A stretch of DNA of 64,000 nucleotides, from the NCBI RefSeq assembly GCF_018598175.1, contig NZ_JAHESE010000025.1, positions 1 to 64,000 on the forward strand, written 5' to 3'. The stretch is from Dawidia cretensis (lineage in GTDB: Bacteria > Bacteroidota > Bacteroidia > Cytophagales > Cyclobacteriaceae). Shown piece after piece: positions 9,560 to 19,930 of this stretch. A program made the translations under genes and the position numbers. Each line of letters begins with the position of its first letter. Within the stretch, counting starts at the first letter, position 1. Under the pieces are notes generated by a model. It was not told the origin of the DNA. It made no database searches and worked only from the letters and a program-made list of their open reading frames with translations.

Positions 9560-10834
9560 TCATTTTCCTTCCGTTACCTGCCGAATCACGCGGAGCCAGT
9601 TTAAGCCAAGAATCTTTTTGATCCGCTGATCGCTATACCCCAGCTTTTGCATCGCGATGGTTATCTGCGGATAATCACTGATGTCTTTCATTTCGTGTGG
9701 CAGCTCAGGACCGCCATCTAAATCCGAGCCGAGCGCGATGTGATCTTCGCCCACTAATTTTACGCCATAGTCGATCACTTTCGCCAACTGATCGACATGC
9801 ATCCAATATTCGTCAGGGATGGTCCCTCTGAAATTTAGCGGCACTTCCTTCGTCAGTTCCTTGTCTACGTCTTCAATGGTTTGGTCGGTAACCTGTGCCG
9901 TAAAGATTCTCGGGATGGCTGGTTGAGGAACAGGTTGTGCCTTGATGGGATTGTTCGGTTTCTGCCACTCCCAGTATTTGGGATTGTTAAACAGGCTGCC
10001 GAAGTGAACACCGATCACGCCGCCTTTCGCTGCGATAGCCTTTGCCGCTTCGTCTGTAATGCAGCGAGGATGATTGACTATTTTGTTGAAGCCGCCGTGG
10101 CTGTAGATCACGGGGTGGCGACTGGCCGCTACTGACTGAAGAATGGCGTCGTTGGATGCGTGCGCTACGTTGATCACCATGCCGAGGTCGTTCATTTCGT
10201 TGATCACCGCTTTTCCGTGATCGTTAATGCCACCCCAGGTATATACGTCGTTGCAGGCATCGATAAACGCGTTGGTGGTGTTGTGGGCGGTCAGCTGCAT
10301 AGAGCGCAGGCCGAGTCTGTACAGGGCGCGCAGCAGGTTCAAGTCGCCATGAAGATCATAGCCGCCTTCCAAATCCAGGAACGCAGCGATTTTTCCTTTC
10401 TTGTTGATTCGTTGTATGTCGGATGCGGTTAGCGCCAACTCGATAGCATTGTTATTCTTCCTGATCTGATCCAGGGCCAGCTCCACCACACGAAAAGTAT
10501 TCTTGATCTCAAACCTTCCGGGGTAATAGTGTTCGGGAGTATACACCGAAAAAAACATCGCGTCCACACCGCCTTCTTTCGCCCGTGGGAGATCGACATT
10601 CCCATCCGGGTATCGCTGGCCGATATCGGTTTTCAGCAGCAGCTCACGGGTCATGACGTGGATATGCCCGTCCATGACAAACGCTTCGCGATGCAGCGCG
10701 GGCATGGGCTTATCCTGCGGGATCAACGGAAGGCTATTTTCAGCGACAGGAGTAGATAACAATGATCGTATGGGAAAAACACCACCGGCTACCGGCAAAA
10801 GTGTTAAGCTCTTAATAACGTCTCTGCGTTTCAT
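9560..10834 (-). CDS. Membrane dipeptidase (peptidase family M19), Tat/Sec-exported
   Basis: Renal-dipeptidase family pattern (HxD start, conserved His/Asp metal ligands) and a twin-arginine-like leader MKRRDVIKSLTLLPVAGG. Confidence 0.75.
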   Translation of the reverse strand: MKRRDVIKSLTLLPVAGGVFPIRSLLSTPVAENSLPLIPQDKPMPALHREAFVMDGHIHVMTRELLLKTDIGQRYPDGNVDLPRAKEGGVDAMFFSVYTPEHYYPGRFEIKNTFRVVELALDQIRKNNNAIELALTASDIQRINKKGKIAAFLDLEGGYDLHGDLNLLRALYRLGLRSMQLTAHNTTNAFIDACNDVYTWGGINDHGKAVINEMNDLGMVINVAHASNDAILQSVAASRHPVIYSHGGFNKIVNHPRCITDEAAKAIAAKGGVIGVHFGSLFNNPKYWEWQKPNNPIKAQPVPQPAIPRIFTAQVTDQTIEDVDKELTKEVPLNFRGTIPDEYWMHVDQLAKVIDYGVKLVGEDHIALGSDLDGGPELPHEMKDISDYPQITIAMQKLGYSDQRIKKILGLNWLRVIRQVTEGK

Positions 10835-10871
10835 TCTTTATAGTGAAAGTTCTGTAATCATGCGAGGAAGC

Positions 10872-12173
10872 CTACTCCGCAAAGCCCCGGATATAGGGAG
10901 TATTCGGCGGCCGCTCGCCTTTGCTAAACTGAGCGCCGCGTGTGGAGTGGTAGCGCATATTCATAAACGGCGTCTCTATGCGGCGACCGATTGCGGAGTA
11001 ACGACCGTTCTCCCAGTTTGATTCCATGTTGTAGGCCACAATCCCTGTGGACAGAAGCAACCGCTCCGCATTAAATGGTTCCTGTTTGGTCACCATCATC
11101 TCGGTAATCCAGTGTGGTTGGGAATTGGAGGCGTGATACTGCGAGAAGGGACCAGGCCAGCCAGGCATCGAGACGATCGTCGGGTCTTTACGCCCTTCGA
11201 TTTCAGCAGCGTAGGTCCACGTCACATCCCTGCCTGAATAAACTGCCGCTTTCGTGCCATCATTATATTCAACGATGCAGACGTTCGGTGAGGCGATTTC
11301 CTGAAAGTGCCCGGGCTTGAGGTCAAAACTCGTCCGTACGGATTCTAGCAGCCTCGCCGCCCAGGGATTGCGTTCGGTCCATTTCCATGTTTCGGGGCCC
11401 CGAATACACTGCACCGACCTGACGCCCGTCTCACCCCCCTTACGGCGTTCTACAAACGCCTGTAACACGTCGACACAGTGGAATAGGGCTCCCTCGTCAG
11501 CAGCATCTCCCACCACGATCGATGCTTTTATGGGCGTATCTATAGCAAGCTCTATCTCGGGTTTCCGGAAGTAAGTGGGTATGGAGGAACCACCGGTCAG
11601 TGGAAAATTCAGCGCACGGGATTTGTCAAACATCCACTTCGCTTCGTCCCAACTGATGGAGAGGTGCTTGTCGTTAAACACCGGCACCGAGCGCTTGCTT
11701 TGCTCGAACACCCGGACAACCTGCTGGTAGATCCACCAGCGTGGCAACATCCACTGTCCTTTGAGATTGGTGGGGTATTCTCCGTGTTCTGCGACGATGA
11801 CAACACCATCCACGGCAAGCTCCTTCTGCCCTAGCGTGACGGCTTCCCCGACGGTCTGGAAGATCGGAATGTTTTTCGATTTGCATATTTTCTGACCCAG
11901 GCCGCTTTCTTCAAGCTGATGGATATAAACGGACACAACGTCCACGCGCGAAGGCGTGTGAGCGCCCTCCCACCAATAACCGTCCAGCAGCTTGGTGATG
12001 ATCCAGTCGGCATGAGATCGGGGAGCACCCCAGTAGGTAACGAGACAGGCGATACGCGGCCTTTTTTGCGCGGGCTGCGGAGACGCATCGGCTGCGATAC
12101 CCGTTAACGATGCCAACCCGGCCATACCCGTCAGTCCGAGCATTTGACGGCGTGTCAATTTCTGAAATTCCAT
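10872..12173 (-). CDS. Tat-signal secreted hypothetical protein
   Basis: N-terminal TRRQMLGLTGMAGLASL twin-arginine leader. The rest has no recognisable family. Confidence 0.55.
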   Translation of the reverse strand: MEFQKLTRRQMLGLTGMAGLASLTGIAADASPQPAQKRPRIACLVTYWGAPRSHADWIITKLLDGYWWEGAHTPSRVDVVSVYIHQLEESGLGQKICKSKNIPIFQTVGEAVTLGQKELAVDGVVIVAEHGEYPTNLKGQWMLPRWWIYQQVVRVFEQSKRSVPVFNDKHLSISWDEAKWMFDKSRALNFPLTGGSSIPTYFRKPEIELAIDTPIKASIVVGDAADEGALFHCVDVLQAFVERRKGGETGVRSVQCIRGPETWKWTERNPWAARLLESVRTSFDLKPGHFQEIASPNVCIVEYNDGTKAAVYSGRDVTWTYAAEIEGRKDPTIVSMPGWPGPFSQYHASNSQPHWITEMMVTKQEPFNAERLLLSTGIVAYNMESNWENGRYSAIGRRIETPFMNMRYHSTRGAQFSKGERPPNTPYIRGFAE

Positions 12174-12264
12174 GAAGTAAATTAACGAAATCCTGGATTA
12201 AACCATTTCCTCCGAATTGCCATTCGTGAGATCCATTAATAGATGATTTTAACAGACAATTGAT

Positions 12265-13026
12265 TTAGACAATCTTGCTATTAACAGCATACGAAAGCGC
12301 CTCTGCTATCGTACTTACATTCAAACGATCGAAAATCTGTCTGCGGTAGTACTTCACGGTATCGGGACTGACAGATACTTTTTCGGCGATCTCCTGGATT
12401 GACAAACCCTGCGCGTACAGATGCAGGACCTCTATTTCCCGCTTTGTAAGTTTGGGTTTTTCTGATGTACCCCAGACTTTATCTTTCAAATCCAACTCCC
12501 AGATTGTATCAGAGCCCTGTTTGTGGATGCAGACATTACCCGGACTTTTATGATGCGAAAGAGAAACCACACACATTGCCTTCCACATCTTCTTTTCCCG
12601 GGTAAGAAGCAACGGTGTAAGTTTATGATTGATCAGGATCTTTCTACCATCGCGATTGACCAGATAAAAATCGTACGTAATGCTGTATTGTATTTTTTCT
12701 TCGCCTGGCAGATTTTCAAAGAAATCAAATCCTGCTTCATTTATACTATGCAGCAACTTCAAATCGCTTTCAGGAACGTTCTTAAAATAAAAGTCATACC
12801 CCAGCGCCATAACTTCCGCAGATGAATATCCGCATAAAAACAACGGATTTTCTGAAACGTACTCAAACGTCATCGTTTCATAGTTAATGACATAGATGCT
12901 CTCGTAGGTTAATCGGGCAAAAGCTTTTACTACCTCCAAATAATCATTTTGTGCCAGGCGCTCATCATCCGTTACTTTTCCGAGGTGATTCCTGGTCAGC
13001 AGGGTTGAGTTATTACTATTTTTCAT
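12265..13026 (-). CDS. LuxR-family transcriptional regulator with N-terminal PAS-like sensor
   Basis: C-terminal LTKREIEVLHLYAQGLSIQEIAEKVSVSPDTVKYYRRQIFDRL is a classic LuxR/FixJ HTH. Confidence 0.8.
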   Translation of the reverse strand: MKNSNNSTLLTRNHLGKVTDDERLAQNDYLEVVKAFARLTYESIYVINYETMTFEYVSENPLFLCGYSSAEVMALGYDFYFKNVPESDLKLLHSINEAGFDFFENLPGEEKIQYSITYDFYLVNRDGRKILINHKLTPLLLTREKKMWKAMCVVSLSHHKSPGNVCIHKQGSDTIWELDLKDKVWGTSEKPKLTKREIEVLHLYAQGLSIQEIAEKVSVSPDTVKYYRRQIFDRLNVSTIAEALSYAVNSKIV

Positions 13027-13163
13027 TAAAAACGGCAGGGTTCAAAACAAATCTACACTAAAGTGTAGGCTTTAAAAACCGTTTTGTGCGGACTTTTGGA
13101 ATGAGAAGCGTCTCTACGCGGACAATCACGGTGGATCGCTAACCCCTATAACCTAATAACACG

Positions 13164-13877
13164 ATGAATTGCAGGAATTGCAATGCTTCCATGACCGGCG
13201 ATTTTTGCCATCAATGTGGTCGCCCGGTACAAATTGTCAGAGTTGACTGGCATTACATTGTGCATGAAATTCAGCACGTTTTACATTTCGAGAAAGGCAT
13301 CTTGCATACCGTGCGGGAATTGCTGCATAACCCCGGGCCCAGTATTCATACATTTATCACGGTTGACAGAAGCAGGCTTGTGAAGCCGGTGCTGTTCATT
13401 ATAGTAACCTCCTTGATCTATTCCATGATCGATCATTTCTTCCATATTGAACAGGGATATATTGACTATCACGACGCCAGGGATTCTGCCACCGGCCAAA
13501 TTCTTAACTGGGCTCAGAATCATTACGGTTATGCCAATATCGTCATGTGCGTATTCATTGCCTTTTGGCTAAAACTCATTTATAAAGCGCATGACTACAA
13601 TTTCTTTGAAATCTTAATTCTGTTATGTTTCATCATGGGAATGGGCATGCTGATATTTTCTATTTTCGCCATTTTCGAAGGGTTAACGGGACTACCCGTC
13701 ATGAAAATATCGGGCGTAGTGGGAGTATCCTATTGCACCTGGGCTATCGGACATTTTTTTGATAGAAAGCGTGTAGTGGGCTATTTAAAGGCGCTCGCTT
13801 CCTACCTTTTAGGAATGGCTACTTTTTCTATTTCCTTGATGCTTTTAGGCTTTTTGGTTGATTTAATAATACGTTGA
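13164..13877 (+). CDS. DUF3667-like membrane protein with N-terminal zinc ribbon
   Basis: CRNC...CHQCG zinc ribbon followed by several TM helices. Confidence 0.55.
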   Translation: MNCRNCNASMTGDFCHQCGRPVQIVRVDWHYIVHEIQHVLHFEKGILHTVRELLHNPGPSIHTFITVDRSRLVKPVLFIIVTSLIYSMIDHFFHIEQGYIDYHDARDSATGQILNWAQNHYGYANIVMCVFIAFWLKLIYKAHDYNFFEILILLCFIMGMGMLIFSIFAIFEGLTGLPVMKISGVVGVSYCTWAIGHFFDRKRVVGYLKALASYLLGMATFSISLMLLGFLVDLIIR

Positions 13878-13921
13878 ATGGATGGCAGCACGTCCGTAAC
13901 GTAAACTATATTTTATCAATT

Positions 13922-13935
13922 TTGACTTATGTCAA
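13922..13935. promoter_or_regulatory. FNR/Crp-type palindromic box TTGAC-N4-GTCAA, ~100 bp upstream of the ClC channel gene
   Basis: Read directly from the sequence: TTGACttatGTCAA. A Crp/Fnr-family regulator gene sits immediately downstream of the channel gene. Confidence 0.3.
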
Positions 13936-14033
13936 ATTAAAGACAACTGAAGAGAAATAGTTTTGTCAGCATGGTGGCCTGTATTTAACGGGTTATTCAT
14001 TCAACCATTTTACAAGCCTAATCAATCTTTTCA

Positions 14034-15881
14034 TTGACTACAGAAACCAGCAAAACCCATATCGACGCATTTGAATATCGAAAAAAGGTAAGACGAACAC
14101 TCTATATTTCAGGATTAACGCTGGTTAATGCCATCATCGTCGGGTTTATTGCAAAAGGATTGGTGTTGCTGATCTCACTTTTCACACAACTCTTCTTCTT
14201 CGGTAACTTCTCCTTTCACGAGGTTTCGCCATCGGAAAACTCGTTGGGGTATTGGATCATCCTTATTCCGTCACTCGGCGGATTAATTGTCGGCCTAATG
14301 GCACGATTCGGTTCTCCCGCTATTCGCGGACACGGTATTCCGGAAGCGATGGAAAAAATAGCCAAAGGAGAAAGTAAAATCCATCCGCTGATCACCTTAC
14401 TGAAGCCGCTTTCGGCCGCAGTCTCTATCGGCACAGGCGGACCCTTCGGTGCAGAGGGGCCTATTATTTCAACGGGGGGTGCCCTCGGTTCATTCTGTGG
14501 ACAAACGCTTCATATCACCGCGCAAGAGAGAAAGGTTCTACTTGCTGCCGGGGCTACAGCAGGCATGACCGCCATTTTTGGAACTCCGTTTGCGGCAATC
14601 CTCCTGGCCATCGAATTACTTCTGTTTGAATTCTCATCGCGAAGTTTTATTCCGGTAATGATTGCCTGTGTCACGGGAGCATGCATGCACTTCCTGCTGT
14701 TTGATTTCACACCGACATTCCCGATGCCCGAGATAGGTCAGGTTTCAACAGGGTCAATCGTTGCCTACTCTATCATTGGTTTGATTATCGGTTTTGCTTC
14801 TGTAATCGTTACAAAAGCCATTTATTTCGTTGAAGATTTATTCGAACGCCTGCCCATACACTGGATGTGGTGGCCGGCCCTGGGCGGAATTGCTGTTGGA
14901 GCAATCGGAATATTTGCCCCCGATACACTCGGCGTAGGGTATCAAAATATAACACACTCACTCTCCGGTCAACTTCCCATTACCATCCTTATTTCCCTTT
15001 GCTTTTGGAAATTTGTTTCATGGGCGATTGCCCTGGGTAGCGGTACGTCGGGCGGTACGCTGGCGCCGTTGCTAACCATTGGAAGTTCCTTGGGATGCTT
15101 GTTGGGTATGCTCGGCCAACATTATTTCCCTGAGGCAAACATCACTCTTCCGCTTGCTGCACTGGTTGGTATGGCTGCGCTCTTTGCAGGTGCCGCCAGG
15201 GCGTTATTAACATCGATCGTATTTGCCATGGAAACGACCATGCAGGAGAGTACCTTGCTTCCGCTTATCGCAGGCTGTGTTGCATCGTACCTGGTTTCTT
15301 TCATATTGATGAAAACGACCATTATGACCGAGAAAATTCACCGAAGGGGCATTAAACTACCTGATAGCTATTACCCCGATCTCCTGGAAACGCAATGCAT
15401 TCGCGATATCATGCCCATTGAAAATACGACACCCATAATAGCAGGGTCATTAACCGTTGGAAATGTTAAAGCGTGGTTACAGGAAAATAGAGCTGCGCAT
15501 GCCCACAACGTATTTATAGTGGCCGACGATATAACAAAAGAAAAGATAGGTATCATTTCAAAAGAAGAACTATTTAAGCATACAGCCGATACAAATGCAG
15601 TGCAATCGTTGATCACACACAAGCTTCCTTCTTTATATAGCGATAATTCTTTGCAACTGGCGGTCGAGTTTATCCTAAAAACAGGTCAGGATACGCTATC
15701 GATCGAAGATCGCGCGTCTCGCAAGTTCCTTGGCGTTGTATCGAGCAGAGATATACTGCATGTTTTTGAGCAACGACTTAAAGAAGAGAATGACAAAGAG
15801 AAACACATCCATATGAGCGCAAAAGCCCGGGCGGTATTTCGCGATGGTATAAACCTGATCCGAAAGAAAAGCAGAAGATGA
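14034..15881 (+). CDS. ClC-family voltage-gated chloride channel / H+-Cl- antiporter with C-terminal CBS domains
   Basis: GHGIPE, GPFG and GSGTSGGTLAPLL selectivity-filter motifs; about 10 TM helices; C-terminal CBS pair. Confidence 0.85.
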   Translation: MTTETSKTHIDAFEYRKKVRRTLYISGLTLVNAIIVGFIAKGLVLLISLFTQLFFFGNFSFHEVSPSENSLGYWIILIPSLGGLIVGLMARFGSPAIRGHGIPEAMEKIAKGESKIHPLITLLKPLSAAVSIGTGGPFGAEGPIISTGGALGSFCGQTLHITAQERKVLLAAGATAGMTAIFGTPFAAILLAIELLLFEFSSRSFIPVMIACVTGACMHFLLFDFTPTFPMPEIGQVSTGSIVAYSIIGLIIGFASVIVTKAIYFVEDLFERLPIHWMWWPALGGIAVGAIGIFAPDTLGVGYQNITHSLSGQLPITILISLCFWKFVSWAIALGSGTSGGTLAPLLTIGSSLGCLLGMLGQHYFPEANITLPLAALVGMAALFAGAARALLTSIVFAMETTMQESTLLPLIAGCVASYLVSFILMKTTIMTEKIHRRGIKLPDSYYPDLLETQCIRDIMPIENTTPIIAGSLTVGNVKAWLQENRAAHAHNVFIVADDITKEKIGIISKEELFKHTADTNAVQSLITHKLPSLYSDNSLQLAVEFILKTGQDTLSIEDRASRKFLGVVSSRDILHVFEQRLKEENDKEKHIHMSAKARAVFRDGINLIRKKSRR

Positions 15882-15886
15882 TATGA

Positions 15887-16582
15887 TTAAAACAGCCCAT
15901 TCAACGACTTCTGAATCCTTTCTTCCTGAGCGGGGCCTTGTATAATAATGGTTCGTCCTCTTACCGAGATATACTTCTCATCTCTAAGAATTTTCAATAG
16001 CCTGGCAAGGGTCTCGTTTGAAGTTCCAATCAACGCAGCCAAATCAGCGCGTGACAACGTAATTTCCACGGGCCACTTTTTCTTTGCCCGATATTTTTCA
16101 GTCAATATCAATAGATTCAAAAACAACCTTTCCTTAACAGTTCGATGCTTCAAATTCGAAATGGTATTTACCCAAACGGTAAATTCATTGCTTAGAAATT
16201 TGAGAAGCATATTGGAAAGCCGGGAGGACTTATCGAGTGCCAGTAAAAATTGCTTTTTGGGAATAAAGGATATTCTACACTCCTCCATGGCAGTAGCGGT
16301 TACCGGATATCTGTCGCCGCATAAAAGCGGACGATACCCAATGATCTCACCTTGAACATGAATATTCATGATTTGCTGCGTTCCCTCAAAGGTTTCCTGA
16401 TAAATCTTAATTTTCCCTTTGTCCAGGATAAAAACACCCTTAGGGTACACCCCTTCGCTATAGATATTGTCTCCTTTTGAATAGTGTTTTTGAACTATAG
16501 ACTGTTTCAGAAAATCAATGTCATCTCCGCTGAGCAATTCCCCTATGGAATTGTTAATAAAATAGAATCTGGATAAGTCCAT
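15887..16582 (-). CDS. Crp/Fnr-family transcriptional regulator
   Basis: cNMP-binding beta-roll followed by the HTH RADLAALIGTSNETLARLLKIL. Start set at the internal MDLSR, giving a typical 232-aa length; the ORF track extends to 16708. Confidence 0.75.
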   Translation of the reverse strand: MDLSRFYFINNSIGELLSGDDIDFLKQSIVQKHYSKGDNIYSEGVYPKGVFILDKGKIKIYQETFEGTQQIMNIHVQGEIIGYRPLLCGDRYPVTATAMEECRISFIPKKQFLLALDKSSRLSNMLLKFLSNEFTVWVNTISNLKHRTVKERLFLNLLILTEKYRAKKKWPVEITLSRADLAALIGTSNETLARLLKILRDEKYISVRGRTIIIQGPAQEERIQKSLNGLF

Positions 16583-16786
16583 TGCAGCACAAAATATCCT
16601 CCAAGCTATTTTTGCCGGCTTAGAAAAGCAAACATTATCAATTAAACGCCAGGGTTTTTCCCTGTCGTTTGAAATCCCTACTGGATGAAATCCACGTAGC
16701 CTTGCCATGGAAAATGCCCCAGCGGGATTCCCAACTAAAACCGGGCGATTGATGATAATGAAAAATGTCTTATTTTCGCGCCCGCA

Positions 16787-17230
16787 ATGAAGAGGATCAT
16801 CGAATACAGGCGGCTTTTGGGTGTTGATAAATCCGCCGATTTAAAAGAATTGAAGGCCATTTACCGGAATTTCATGAAAGATTGGCATCCGGACAAATTT
16901 CAATCTGACGAAGAGAAAGCCGCCGCGGAGGAAAAAAGTAAAGCTTTTATTGAAGCTTATCATTTTTTAGTGAGCATAGCCCCCGAAACACAGGCACAGA
17001 AGCTGGAGGAATATACAGCATCTATCACGTCTTCCAGAATAACAGATCTTCAATACAAGGGCACGACACTTCAGATCTATTTCGCCGATGGCAGCGCGTA
17101 CGAATACTTCGGCGTGCCCCGCAATATCTACCTGAAATTCGTGAACACCGATTCTCCCGATCGTTTTGCCCGAAGACACATCTACCACGCTTTCATCTAC
17201 AGAAAAGCAACCAAGGCCGTGGAGGCTTAA
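16787..17230 (+). CDS. J-domain (DnaJ-like, HPD motif) protein fused to a KTSC-like domain
   Basis: DWHPDKF HPD motif in an N-terminal J domain. C-terminal LQIYFADGSAYEYFGVPRNIYLKFVNTDSPDRF matches the KTSC-domain pattern. Confidence 0.65.
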   Translation: MKRIIEYRRLLGVDKSADLKELKAIYRNFMKDWHPDKFQSDEEKAAAEEKSKAFIEAYHFLVSIAPETQAQKLEEYTASITSSRITDLQYKGTTLQIYFADGSAYEYFGVPRNIYLKFVNTDSPDRFARRHIYHAFIYRKATKAVEA

Positions 17231-17372
17231 GGTGTGATAGCGCAAGGCATAGCTTGCCCGCCAGCGGATGGTCTACGCCCGTTTCCGAACAAGCCGGTCG
17301 TGCGAAACATCGCTTACAGCTAAAAAACCGCCTATACCTGCGGTACGATTCTTGAATGTTCTTAGCAAAAAC

Positions 17373-18116
17373 ATGATCATGAAATCGTTTGTATCCCCCA
17401 TGCTTGTCGCAGCGGCGTTGATCTTCGCCTGCACAAACCTATTGGCTCAGAACAAGAAAATCCTGGTGGACGTGGGACACGGCCAGCGGTTCTACAGCGA
17501 CCCCGCCGACAATATCTCGACCGAGCTTGTCCCCACCGATAGACTGAAGTATATGACCGGAGAGCTCGCGAAGAATGGCGCAGCACACCATGCTTCGCTA
17601 GGCTACGTGAAGAAGACCATTTCTACGGATGCGCTCGCCAAAGGTGATCTGCTTTTTATCCATGCCCCTTCCGTGAAGTATTCCCCCGACGAATGCAAGG
17701 CTATCGAACAATTCATCAAGAAAGGCGGATCGTTGTTTATCGTAATGGAAGAGGACTATTGGGGCACGCTGGCACAGGTCAACCTCAACGACATTGTTAC
17801 GCCCTTCGGTATCACGTTTAAATCCGACAACCCTAACAGAGCCTCCGGAGGACATTCCAACCCGGGAATAGTTACGAAAACGAAATATTCCATTCCCATG
17901 CACGGGGCACGTCTCGTGGAAGGTGGCAAACCTTTCGCCTATAGCGACGTGTCGGATGAGAACCCGTTTGGCGTCTGCGCAGAAATAACCGGCGGAGGCA
18001 AGATCGTCGCGATGGGCGAAGGAATGGTATCGTTATATATGACCAGCTGGCAGGGAGTCGATAATTACCAGTGCGCTGAATTTATGGGGGATACTATTGG
18101 GTGGTTGTTGAAGTAA
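17373..18116 (+). CDS. Secreted hypothetical protein (DUF4350-like)
   Basis: Signal peptide MIMKSFVSPMLVAAALIFACTNLLAQ. Start moved to the internal ATG; the ORF track starts at 17268. Confidence 0.45.
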   Translation: MIMKSFVSPMLVAAALIFACTNLLAQNKKILVDVGHGQRFYSDPADNISTELVPTDRLKYMTGELAKNGAAHHASLGYVKKTISTDALAKGDLLFIHAPSVKYSPDECKAIEQFIKKGGSLFIVMEEDYWGTLAQVNLNDIVTPFGITFKSDNPNRASGGHSNPGIVTKTKYSIPMHGARLVEGGKPFAYSDVSDENPFGVCAEITGGGKIVAMGEGMVSLYMTSWQGVDNYQCAEFMGDTIGWLLK

Positions 18117-18121
18117 CGGAA

Positions 18122-18910
18122 TCACCTGTCAAAACTTCCACCACGTCCATCACTGATTAATAATTCAACACGCCTGTTTTTCTTTCGTCCTTCATCCGAG
18201 GTGTTTACTGCCAGGGGTTTTGCACTACCCATCCCGAACGTCTCTACGCGATTGCTCTCAACGCCATTCCTGATCAGGTATTCTGCCACCACTTCCGCAC
18301 GTCTTTTGGACAACGTAAGATTATGCCCTTCATTTCCGGTATTGTCGGTATGACCCGAGATTTTTACAGCTCGTGCAGGGTGCAAAACCAGGTAATCCAC
18401 GATGGGCTTGAGTGTTGCAAAGTGCTCACTTCGCAGGGTTGACTTGTTTGTCTCAAACAGGAGCTCTGCCCCCAGCACGATGAGACTGTCCGCTTTGATT
18501 GCCGGAGCAGGCTCGGCGGAGACCGTATCCATAACGACGGGCCTTGCTTCACGCAATGCAGGTTTGCCTTTGTACGATGAATCGCTTTGGATCTTTTTGT
18601 AAAGACCTTTCTTCGCGTTCCGCGCCACCTTTTTCTTAAACTTCTTAAAACTAATAGGTCGCAGTGACGCAGAGTGTCCTGATTGTATCCGGCATAGCTT
18701 ACGGAAACACAGTACCTTGCCGAAGATAGAGTGACGTGCGTTCTTGTTTGCCCGTTTCAGTCGCTCCTTATTCGCACCGGCAAGGTGAGATACCATCAGT
18801 GGCATCTTTGGATTGCCGTACTCTCGCCCAACATTTTTAGGCGGGCCAATATCCTGAGAATTCACATAAAAGAACCCGAATAACAAAAATGACAGGAGAA
18901 GTGCTTTCAT
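18122..18910 (-). CDS. OmpA-family protein (peptidoglycan-binding OmpA/MotB C-terminal domain)
   Basis: GHTDNTGNEGHNLTLSKRRAEVVAEYL...NRRVEL OmpA-like motif, plus a signal peptide. Confidence 0.8.
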   Translation of the reverse strand: MKALLLSFLLFGFFYVNSQDIGPPKNVGREYGNPKMPLMVSHLAGANKERLKRANKNARHSIFGKVLCFRKLCRIQSGHSASLRPISFKKFKKKVARNAKKGLYKKIQSDSSYKGKPALREARPVVMDTVSAEPAPAIKADSLIVLGAELLFETNKSTLRSEHFATLKPIVDYLVLHPARAVKISGHTDNTGNEGHNLTLSKRRAEVVAEYLIRNGVESNRVETFGMGSAKPLAVNTSDEGRKKNRRVELLISDGRGGSFDR

Positions 18911-19119
18911 GCAGGCAGTACGTGACAGTAAAAGAAGGCGCTAATACTTACCATGCCAATCACTCACTTATTCCAACGGGGCACCGGTATACTTTCGTGA
19001 AATTTAAACGTAAAAATCAGAGCTGTATTGTTACAGAGGTAAAAGGAGGCCCGCGCGTTTTGATTTCCCCATAATGTTAGTTTTCTTTAGAACCGATCCC
19101 TTCACCAGGAACCGTACGC

Positions 19120-19911
19120 ATGGATTTTTCATCAGTAAGACTTGTCGCCTCCGATATGGATGGCACCCTTCTCAACACCAAACACGAACTAAGCCCCGAT
19201 TTCTTCACAATATTCAATCGAATGCGGTCGAAGGAGATCTTATTCTCCGCTGCCAGCGGAAGGCAGTACCAAAACCTCTATAACTGCTTTCCGGGCATCC
19301 AGGACGAAATCATATTCATTGCCGAGAACGGCAGTTATGTGATGCACCAGGGCAAAGAGCTCCACATCCAGCCAATGGATCGGGATCTTACCCGGGATCT
19401 CCTGAAACGCATAAAAAAACTTCCGAATGTACTGGCGATCCTTTGCGGTAAGAAAAGCGCCTATATCGACAACGACGACCCTGCCTTTGTTGGACGTCTG
19501 TCGATGTATTATGACGAATACGCCATCGTAGACAACCTCGTAAACGTCGATGATGACGAGTTTCTCAAGATCGCTATCTGCGACCTATCCGGCGCCGAGC
19601 AGAACAGTTATCCTCACTTTTTGGAATACCAGCATGACCTGCAGATAAAAGTGTCTGGTAACGTATGGCTCGACCTTTCACATAAGCTGGCGCACAAAGG
19701 AAAGGCGCTCGACGTCGTACAGAAAAAATTCGGAATCGGCTGCGAGCACACCATGGTCTTCGGCGATTACCTCAACGATGTTGAAATGATGGGCGAGGCA
19801 CACTTTAGCTTTGCCATGGAAAATGCGCACCCTGAAGTGAAGAATGTAGCCAGGTTTACCACACACAGCAACGACAATCGCGGCGTATTGAGCATTCTGG
19901 AACAGCTGTGA
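19120..19911 (+). CDS. Cof-type HAD-IIB family hydrolase
   Basis: DMDGTLL motif I and the GD..ND motif IV. Confidence 0.85.
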   Translation: MDFSSVRLVASDMDGTLLNTKHELSPDFFTIFNRMRSKEILFSAASGRQYQNLYNCFPGIQDEIIFIAENGSYVMHQGKELHIQPMDRDLTRDLLKRIKKLPNVLAILCGKKSAYIDNDDPAFVGRLSMYYDEYAIVDNLVNVDDDEFLKIAICDLSGAEQNSYPHFLEYQHDLQIKVSGNVWLDLSHKLAHKGKALDVVQKKFGIGCEHTMVFGDYLNDVEMMGEAHFSFAMENAHPEVKNVARFTTHSNDNRGVLSILEQL

Positions 19912-19930
19912 TTTCTTTTGCCTTTCACCG

